A stretch of 64,000 nucleotides of DNA from an uncultured Nitrospirales bacterium (GTDB lineage: Bacteria > Nitrospirota > Nitrospiria > Nitrospirales > NS-4): positions 17,888 through 81,887 of the forward strand of contig CAZITU010000003.1 in assembly GCA_964542245.1 (NCBI GenBank). The letters run 5' to 3'. This document shows, one piece after another, positions 36,970-44,154 of the stretch (positions are counted from its first letter, which is position 1; every line of letters starts with the position of its first letter). The notes under the pieces were generated by a model. It did not search any database. It saw only the letters and a program-made list of their open reading frames with translations, and was not told the DNA's origin. The translations under genes were made by a program, and so were the position numbers.

Positions 36970-38502
36970 TCAGATTCGGCCTTCTTCACTTACAGTCTCA
37001 AGACGAAGAAGATAAAGGGCAAGCGGACCGAGCCACGTGATAGAGGCACTATATCTCTTGTCAAGAAGGCAACGAACCAGCCGGGGCATAAAAAACCAGC
37101 GATCCACAAGCCTTGAACGAGAATTGCCAAGACAGTACCATGCACGTTCAAGCGCAAATTTTCGAAAGTAATGCCTATTGTCAAATTGGCCATCCTGCAT
37201 CACTGAGTAGGGAATTTCTGCATATCGGGGATAAGCGCGTCGAATAGTGTCGGTATGAAATGCCTTGTCGAGAAACATGGATGCGGGAAGGCTGGCCAGA
37301 AAATCGTAGAGGCCATGGTCAAGATACGGACTAAAGACTTGAACATTCTTATTTAGAATGCAGTAAGGTCCAACACTAATATGTCGTCGAGTCCTATTCC
37401 AGAAGATGAATGATGCAACCGGGTTAGGAGCTTCCACATGTTTTCTTAGCTCCACGGTCAACCGACTGATTGCCAATTCGCGACTTAACCTATGACGTTG
37501 CCTAGGCACCAAGACCGACGAAATTATCTCTTCGCCGAGCAGATGGTCCGCCAGCTCATTAAAGCGGCTGGATTCGAAAAGTGTTAAATGTCGTGTGTCA
37601 AGCAAAAAACCTCCAGAAAGAACACCCCCGCCGATCCCGTCATATATACTGTGTACCTTCCCCTTTAAGTAGTCGGCGATTACGAACATGTATCCATGAC
37701 TGTAAGAGCAGAAGCTTGTCTCAAGAATTGACCTCAGAGTTGATTCGAAGGGTGATTGCGTCTGATCGAGTATCACGTGCTCGACTTTTAAAGCTTCGGC
37801 AAGTTGTGGCGCAATTTCTGCATCATTGTATGTCGGTTGCGGTCTACGAAGTCGCTGAGTTACGCAGAATTGCGGCCGGAGCCCAGCCTCACAAAGTTCG
37901 AGAAGGATATGCCGAGAATCTCTACCGCCACTGAGAGGCACCGCGAAGTCCTTACTAGGGGGAAGCCTGCGCCGAATCGCTGCCTTGAATAACTGAATAT
38001 ATGAGTCAATTGCGGCGCTTCTTTTCATGCGATCCAGTTTGCCTAGGGCCAACCGCCCTGATACCCGCAGTTTTCCATCTTTCCATTCAAATGTTGTGTC
38101 CGGTGGAACCGCCCGAATGGCACTGAATGGTGTGTCTTCCCCGACAAAAGTTCCCAGCCTCAAGAAAACCGCAAGGGCGGCGGAGTCAAGCTCGGTCGGG
38201 GCGCCCAAGGCCACCAGTCGTAAAATAGACGTGGAGACGCCGATCTCGCCTTCCCGCGCGAAATAGTACAACGGGAAGAAACCATATCGGTCATTACGGA
38301 CTTCTAACCGATCCTTTTCCCACGACCATCCCGCGAAGACACCATCGCATTTCCCCCCGTCCGACTGCTTGATTTCATGCCCTGAGAAATTTGAGCAGAC
38401 GCCACTTATTTCAAAATGTTCTCTGACCTTCTTGGCATGAAAATAGGGGTCGTTCATCGGAAACCCATGAAGCGGGTTCTGTTCATCGCCCATGCATACC
38501 AC
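36970..38502 (-). CDS. asparagine synthase-like adenylating enzyme lacking the N-terminal glutaminase cysteine
   Basis: PP-loop PLSGGRDSRHILLEL is present. The N-terminal domain is recognisable (RYGFFPLYYF), but no MCG nucleophile is present. Low-GC segment. Confidence 0.75.
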   Translation of the reverse strand: MVCMGDEQNPLHGFPMNDPYFHAKKVREHFEISGVCSNFSGHEIKQSDGGKCDGVFAGWSWEKDRLEVRNDRYGFFPLYYFAREGEIGVSTSILRLVALGAPTELDSAALAVFLRLGTFVGEDTPFSAIRAVPPDTTFEWKDGKLRVSGRLALGKLDRMKRSAAIDSYIQLFKAAIRRRLPPSKDFAVPLSGGRDSRHILLELCEAGLRPQFCVTQRLRRPQPTYNDAEIAPQLAEALKVEHVILDQTQSPFESTLRSILETSFCSYSHGYMFVIADYLKGKVHSIYDGIGGGVLSGGFLLDTRHLTLFESSRFNELADHLLGEEIISSVLVPRQRHRLSRELAISRLTVELRKHVEAPNPVASFIFWNRTRRHISVGPYCILNKNVQVFSPYLDHGLYDFLASLPASMFLDKAFHTDTIRRAYPRYAEIPYSVMQDGQFDNRHYFRKFALERAWYCLGNSRSRLVDRWFFMPRLVRCLLDKRYSASITWLGPLALYLLRLETVSEEGRI

Positions 38503-38521
38503 TTAGATGCAAGACCCGTTT

Positions 38522-38974
38522 TTATCTCGCTGCGGCTTCAACCCGTCCCCTCTGAAAAACCCAACCTAACGCTTCCTTCATCTCATCACGGATGGGCCCG
38601 CCGACCCACATCAAGAGAGTTACATAGACGGCGGCAGCAAGCAAACTAGCGAGGACAAGGCGCACCGCAACAAAATCTTCACCCCAGCGAGGCCATCCCG
38701 ACCGAACCAAAACTATTGTTAACGCCATAAGGGCGGTGGCGGTAGCGGCTGGTCGGCACTGAACAAAAATCGCGAACTGGATGATTGCCGCGCCCATCCC
38801 CATTTCAGCAAGCAGCGCGATCGTGCCTGTCCAGATGCCTGCGAGCGCCATCAGTCCATAGTCGCGCGGGTCGAGCAGCCGGGCCACCAGCAGAGTGCTC
38901 ATAAATGAAAGGAGCTGGATCCCGCCGCGCGACCACACAATCCAAAAGACGGATCTTGCAATTCGGTCCTTCAT
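38522..38974 (-). pseudogene. internally deleted wzx paralog (N-terminal ~65 aa fused to C-terminal ~80 aa)
   Basis: MKDRIARSVFWIVWSRGGIQLLSFMSTLLVARLL... matches the N-terminus of the 34096-35568 protein (about 80% DNA identity at 38930-38974 vs 35524-35568). The tail matches its C-terminus. About 340 codons are missing. Confidence 0.8.
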
Positions 38975-40281
38975 GAGTGCTGATGGCGATAGGTTCGGAT
39001 GAGACCGAGTATCCCGGTGGGGATCAATTTCTTTGTGATTCTCTTGAGATCCTGGACCGCCAGATACTTCAAAGTCCGACTCAGTTCAGAGATGGCCGGA
39101 AGCGGGTCGGTCAGGGACCAGAGCGCATCGCGTGTCGGAGACAGCCAATCTGCGACCATGTGGGCAGCTTCTTTGAGGATGGCGGGGCGTGGTGGAAACG
39201 CGTCCGCCGATACCCCAAAGAGGCCATGCAGCCTGAGCAAGTCGCCTCTCGTCCAGCGTGCGCGCAATCCGATTGGATAACTGGACGGCACACGGGGCTT
39301 TTCCCCATGAGCGAGCTGCCATTCGTAGAGCGGAAAATCTATGCCTGCATGGATGGCCATGGCTAAGGCGGCCCAGTAGCGCCCGTTCACCTCCATCAGT
39401 ATTGCCGTCTTGTCCGCTCGGTTATATCGGAACTCGACGCACGCGATCCCTTCCCATTCAAGGTCGCGAAGCAGGGCCAGCGAGTGCTCTGCCAGCACGG
39501 GATCAAGCTGCTCTGAGACCGTCAGAACGGCCACTCCACCTGAATAGGGCAACTCCGTTACCCGACGATGTTGAAACATGGCGACAGGCTCGCCGTCATG
39601 GATAAGCATGCCGACCAGAAGACCATCCCCGAGGCAGTAGTCCTGCAATAAGTTTCGGCTGCCGAACCGAGCATCCAGCTCAAAGGCCTTTCTCAGTTCC
39701 TGATAGGTTTGAAAATATTGTATCTTGAACGCATGCGCTCCTATCTGCTTCTTGTCACGGGGTTTGGCGATCATTGGAAAGCGGAGCTTACTCTGAAGCG
39801 CCTCCAATTCGGCCATGTCCGACACAAAATGGGTTGCCGGGATCGCAATCCCGCAACGTTGTGCCGCCTCCAGAGTCGGCATCTTGTCCAGCACGAGGTG
39901 CACAATGTGCGGTGGGGGACAGCCGACATGGAGCAGCGTGCTGAGGTGCCCGTAATGCTGTGCGATCAGGGCCAAGGCGGTATCACCCCAGGGTATGAGC
40001 ATGTCGTACTGCTTGGCGCGGATGAGCGCGGTCAGGGCCGCAATGAATTCATGCGGCGGGCGCTCATGGCTAGGCAGGCGTATGAAGCTGCGGATGGCCC
40101 GAGAGGAGAGCCGAGGTTCGGCCGGTGAAAGGCCCGCGACGTCAACCGGGATGCCACGCCTGTGGAGAGATCGCGCAATTGGGACCACCGCGCGTGGTTC
40201 TGCACCCAATATCAAGACCGGTCGGGTCACGCCGTCAGTTTCCATTCGGGTGGTCTCGTTACCCGTTAGCTGCGTAAACAC
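38971..40281 (-). CDS. ATP-grasp family carboxylate-amine ligase-like protein
   Basis: Layout: pre-ATP-grasp domain (VLILGAEPRAVVPIARSLHRRGI), then a central ATP-grasp core ending ...CVEFRYNRADKTAILMEVNGRYW. The start is ambiguous (GTG at 40281 or METDGV at 40245). Confidence 0.7.
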   Translation of the reverse strand: MFTQLTGNETTRMETDGVTRPVLILGAEPRAVVPIARSLHRRGIPVDVAGLSPAEPRLSSRAIRSFIRLPSHERPPHEFIAALTALIRAKQYDMLIPWGDTALALIAQHYGHLSTLLHVGCPPPHIVHLVLDKMPTLEAAQRCGIAIPATHFVSDMAELEALQSKLRFPMIAKPRDKKQIGAHAFKIQYFQTYQELRKAFELDARFGSRNLLQDYCLGDGLLVGMLIHDGEPVAMFQHRRVTELPYSGGVAVLTVSEQLDPVLAEHSLALLRDLEWEGIACVEFRYNRADKTAILMEVNGRYWAALAMAIHAGIDFPLYEWQLAHGEKPRVPSSYPIGLRARWTRGDLLRLHGLFGVSADAFPPRPAILKEAAHMVADWLSPTRDALWSLTDPLPAISELSRTLKYLAVQDLKRITKKLIPTGILGLIRTYRHQHS

Positions 40282-41798
40282 AACCGGTGCCCTCGGTAAG
40301 TCAGTCCCGCCTCTCCCAGATACGGAAAAACAAGTCGAACAATCTTGCCCTGCCGGGCAAAACCCATCCGCTCAATGCACTTTTGTATGCTCGTGTTGTT
40401 GATGTTCGTGATCATAAAGACCCGTTGAATGCCGTAGTCCCTCGCGACCTGACAGAGATTGAGAACCGCATAACGGTACAGCCACTGACCTCGAAACTCC
40501 GATAAGGTAAGGAGGTGCGTGATCTCGGCCTCACCGCCCTTCAGCTTCACATGGCGAACCGGTAATAGGCGGTCCTGTTCGACAGAAACGAGCGCACTCA
40601 GATGCACCAGCTTGCCCCCGACAAACACGCCGTAGGCACAATTGAAACCGAGCTTCCTGAAACGCTCGGCATGTTCTCCAAACTCGTCGCGTCTGGTCAG
40701 CAGACTCATCACAAATTCCTTCGATAGCTTCTCACTCCTCACGCCGTCGCGGGGTTCGGGCGGTGCCATACCGCTCGGGTTGGCCGCGTACACGGCAAAC
40801 CGCTCCACTCTCCCCAGCAAGCGTCGGAAGAAACGCATAGGACTGCTGCGGAGCAATCCAACGGCTGTTCCCAGTTTTTTTAGAAACCTATTCCCCAAGA
40901 GGTACTCCGCGCTTTCAAGCCCAACCGTCGCGGCACCAAATTCGGCCTTGAAACGCTCCAGCCCAGGGTTATGCGGATCCGCGCCGCCTAAGTTAAACAT
41001 CCCCATTGATTGCGCCCGCAAGGCGTTGGCGATCTCATAGACCAGGAAGTGCGAGGCGCCGCAAGCCATGCCTTGCGTGCTGGTGCCCGCTGATTGGTAA
41101 TACCCGCCTTTGTCGGTCAGCAGCACCAGAATGGACGACACCACATGACCGTCCAGAACCGCTTGGAACAGTTCGCCCGCGCCGCTTCGGGTCATAGCCG
41201 CAAAACTCTGGGTCTGGACGTCCTGGGGAACCACTTCTCCGCGGGCTTTTCGCCGCTCCATAGACTCTCGGACCAGACGGGCGTGCTCCTGACAGGCTTT
41301 CCCATCAACAGCGCGCCGCACCTGCAGACCGGCTTTTTGCCCGCGCTTGATATTCCGCTTATGGTTCGACGATAGCTGAGCCCATAGACCGGGCTTCTTC
41401 AGCTCCAGCACATACGCGCACCGCGTTCTCCGCGCAGTTTCACCACGCAGCGGGGGGATAGCAGCACTTGCAGAGGCGAAGCTATTGACTACGAGATACG
41501 ACACCCGAACCTTGCGGCAAAAACTCAGGAGCCCTTCCCAGAACACACCGCCATCGGGGAGCGTGGGGAGCGAGGGAATTTCGAGCGATCGGTTCAGGTA
41601 TCCGGATTTCATGAACGCCGTGCAGGCCGACACCAACCGACCGTTTTCTTGCAGCGACAGGACCCAGGGTCGGTATCCCAATGTGCGCTGAGCCTCGATG
41701 TAGGAAGATGTGTAGAAGGGATTGGCCGGCGCGAAAGCCGCCACCTCGGCGCAAAGCTCTTTGCAGGGATCATGCTCGGCATGGAATTTAAAGGACAT
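40266..41798 (-). CDS. fusion: FemAB-like domain + C-terminal GNAT acetyltransferase domain
   Basis: NHKRNIKRGQKAGL ... GASHFLVYEIANALRAQSMGMFNLGG ... RFKAEFGA (Fem-like). C-terminal YAVLNLCQVARDYGIQRVFMITNINNTSIQKCIERMGF (GNAT-like). Confidence 0.68.
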   Translation of the reverse strand: MSFKFHAEHDPCKELCAEVAAFAPANPFYTSSYIEAQRTLGYRPWVLSLQENGRLVSACTAFMKSGYLNRSLEIPSLPTLPDGGVFWEGLLSFCRKVRVSYLVVNSFASASAAIPPLRGETARRTRCAYVLELKKPGLWAQLSSNHKRNIKRGQKAGLQVRRAVDGKACQEHARLVRESMERRKARGEVVPQDVQTQSFAAMTRSGAGELFQAVLDGHVVSSILVLLTDKGGYYQSAGTSTQGMACGASHFLVYEIANALRAQSMGMFNLGGADPHNPGLERFKAEFGAATVGLESAEYLLGNRFLKKLGTAVGLLRSSPMRFFRRLLGRVERFAVYAANPSGMAPPEPRDGVRSEKLSKEFVMSLLTRRDEFGEHAERFRKLGFNCAYGVFVGGKLVHLSALVSVEQDRLLPVRHVKLKGGEAEITHLLTLSEFRGQWLYRYAVLNLCQVARDYGIQRVFMITNINNTSIQKCIERMGFARQGKIVRLVFPYLGEAGLTYRGHRLCLRS

Positions 41799-42984
41799 GG
41801 CCCTCTTGCCCTCTCACAGCCTGTTCGAGCATGTGCGCGTCAATAAAAAACTTGCAGGCCCAACTGAGGCACTCATAGGTCCCATACTCGCCCTGTACTG
41901 GAAATGAGCCTTTGATTGCGCCACGGGTATCCGGTGGTCCTTCGACTCTCATGGTGCGCCGAACAAAGCGATTGGCGGCATAGGCGGCCTCCCGAAATCG
42001 GATATCGCCCGTGTCCTGAAACAGCATCATCCAGCAGTGCGCAATCTGGACGCTCCCAGTGAGACATGCCCATGGGACCGCCCCACTCCAATCGGGATTC
42101 AGACGTCCGGGAAGAAAACCGTTCTCCTCGACAATACTCAGCAATCCGCTCGCAGTCCTCAAGGCCGCCTCTAACAGAGCCTTGTCATTATTGAACCGAT
42201 GCGCCTCAATGACACCGCGCAAGGCATATCCCAGCGTGTGGGTCAAGGGACGCGCAGAGTCCGACACGCAACAGTTGTCAAACCAGCCGTTCTCTCGCTG
42301 GTTGGACAATACCCACCGAATGTTTGCCAATGCCGCCTCTGCGTAAGTCTTCTCCGGCGCCAGCCTGGCCGCCTCCAACAGACCCCACGCCGCATGGGCT
42401 TCGTAGGCCTTTTCGCCCGGTGCAGCGAACGGAGTGGGGGCCTTGCGCCAGCAGCCGTCGGAATCTTGGGTCTCCACCAACCAGTCCGCTGCACGGCACA
42501 TAGGGAGACGATACGCCTCGCCGAACTCGCGAACCCCGCTCGCCAACCCGAGGAGAATCTGGCCCGTGTTGAAGGAAACAGGAATGACCGGTTTATCGCC
42601 GATGACTCCGCCTTGAAATCCTCCGCTCGGAAGCTGAATCGAAACCAGCCAATCGAGCATCCGTCTCGCTCGCCGACGCACGGCTTCGTCTCCCCGGAGC
42701 TTCGCGTAAGCGAGCATCGTCGGCACGATGTAGCCCGTTGTCTCGGGATAGGAAGCGCCCCAGCCGGTTACAAGGCTGAAGTGACGCGCCACCCCGCCGT
42801 CGCGGGAGGCCGAATGGTCTTGGGCGCGGCCGAGCCACGCTATGCCCTCGGCGATCGCTTGCTCGATGTCGGGATCGTGCGCCGGCAGTCCTAGCCGATC
42901 TCTGCGGTGCTCTGCCTTAGCCGCCTCAGGCAGCCGGTAATAACTGCGCAGTGCACGGATGGGTTGTAAGAGGCTTCTGACCAT
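41788..42984 (-). CDS. prenyltransferase / squalene-cyclase-repeat (alpha/alpha toroid) protein
   Basis: Four repeats of the W-L-x3-Q-x2-3-G-x-W/F type: LDWLVSIQLPSGGF, ADWLVETQDSDGCW, IRWVLSNQRENGWF, plus IAWLGRAQDHS. Confidence 0.65.
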   Translation of the reverse strand: MVRSLLQPIRALRSYYRLPEAAKAEHRRDRLGLPAHDPDIEQAIAEGIAWLGRAQDHSASRDGGVARHFSLVTGWGASYPETTGYIVPTMLAYAKLRGDEAVRRRARRMLDWLVSIQLPSGGFQGGVIGDKPVIPVSFNTGQILLGLASGVREFGEAYRLPMCRAADWLVETQDSDGCWRKAPTPFAAPGEKAYEAHAAWGLLEAARLAPEKTYAEAALANIRWVLSNQRENGWFDNCCVSDSARPLTHTLGYALRGVIEAHRFNNDKALLEAALRTASGLLSIVEENGFLPGRLNPDWSGAVPWACLTGSVQIAHCWMMLFQDTGDIRFREAAYAANRFVRRTMRVEGPPDTRGAIKGSFPVQGEYGTYECLSWACKFFIDAHMLEQAVRGQEGHVL

Positions 42985-42996
42985 GTATGTATTGAT

Positions 42997-44127
42997 TCAG
43001 AAGGCGCGACGCGCCGGCCGCTCCACCAGAATCGTTGCGATGCGCTCGGCTGCTCGGCCGTCCCACAATTCAGGCACTCGGCTTTCCCGGACTCCGCCGT
43101 TGAGCGCCGTCTCGCCGGCCTCAAGAATTCGCCGCCGACTGTTCCCAACCAGAACATTGGTTCCCTGTTCTACGGTTATCGGCCGCTCAGTGTTGTCCCG
43201 CAAGGTCAGGCATGGGATGCCTAACACGGTTGTTTCTTCCTGAATGCCGCCCGAATCGGTCAGGACCAGGCGCGCATCATTCATGAGCGAGAGAAATTCA
43301 AGATAACCCAGCGGATCCATGACGATCAGTCGAGTATCCTGATTTCCGAAGTCGGGCTCGTTAAGACCGATCAGGTGTTTGCTCCCGAAATTTTCAAGTT
43401 GCTGACGCGTCCGTGGATGGCAAGGGAACACGATCGGCAGCTCTTTTGTGAGCTCCTTGATCGTCTCAAGAATGCCGATCAGGGTCTCGGGCTCGTCCAC
43501 GTTGCTTGGCCGGTGAAGCGTCAAAATGCCATAGGACCGAGAGTGTAGACCCAGCTTTTCCCTGAATCCGCATGCCCGCGCGCGCTCCCGATGCTTGAGG
43601 AGCGTATCCACCATCACGTTCCCGACGAAGAAGATTTTCTCTTCCGAGACGCCCTCTCGGAGAAGATTCTCACGGGCGCTGGGCTCAGTCGTGAATAGGA
43701 AGTCCGATAGCTGATCCGTCAGAATCCGGTTCAGTTCCTCGGGCATCGTTCTGTCGAAGCTTCGGAGGCCCGCCTCGACATGGGCGACTTTGATTCCCAG
43801 CTTGGCCGCGCATAACGCAGCCGCGACTGTGGAATTCACATCGCCAAAGACCATAATCAGATCGGGCTTTTCTTGCATCAGTACAGGTTCTAACCGAATC
43901 ATGATCTGACCGGTTTGCTCCCCATGGGACCCTGATCCCACCTGGAGGTCCAGATCGGGCTTCGGAAGGCCCAGTTCCTCAAAAAACAAATGCGACATCT
44001 GCTGGTCATAGTGCTGACCGGTATGAACCAGCTTCACTGTTATCCCAGAATGCTTCCGCAGCGCCTCAATCACAGGCGCTGCTTTCATGAAATTCGGCCT
44101 GGCCCCGACCACGCACAGAACCTTCAA
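42997..44127 (-). CDS. wecB: UDP-N-acetylglucosamine 2-epimerase (non-hydrolysing)
   Basis: MKVLCVVGARPNFMKAAPV ... DSGGIQEE; full-length WecB/MnaA pattern. Confidence 0.9.
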   Translation of the reverse strand: MKVLCVVGARPNFMKAAPVIEALRKHSGITVKLVHTGQHYDQQMSHLFFEELGLPKPDLDLQVGSGSHGEQTGQIMIRLEPVLMQEKPDLIMVFGDVNSTVAAALCAAKLGIKVAHVEAGLRSFDRTMPEELNRILTDQLSDFLFTTEPSARENLLREGVSEEKIFFVGNVMVDTLLKHRERARACGFREKLGLHSRSYGILTLHRPSNVDEPETLIGILETIKELTKELPIVFPCHPRTRQQLENFGSKHLIGLNEPDFGNQDTRLIVMDPLGYLEFLSLMNDARLVLTDSGGIQEETTVLGIPCLTLRDNTERPITVEQGTNVLVGNSRRRILEAGETALNGGVRESRVPELWDGRAAERIATILVERPARRAF

Positions 44128-44154
44128 CGCGCGTTATCTCCTGACTCGCTACCG

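Noticed and set aside
31572-38502. Possible lasso-peptide (RiPP) cluster: a Cys-less asparagine-synthetase homolog (cyclase-like) plus an NTP_transf_5-type protein
   Set aside because: No transglutaminase-like leader peptidase, no PqqD-like RRE and no plausible short precursor ORF were found. Both genes are embedded among the flippase, glycosyltransferases and a methyltransferase, so a glycan-modifying role is more parsimonious.
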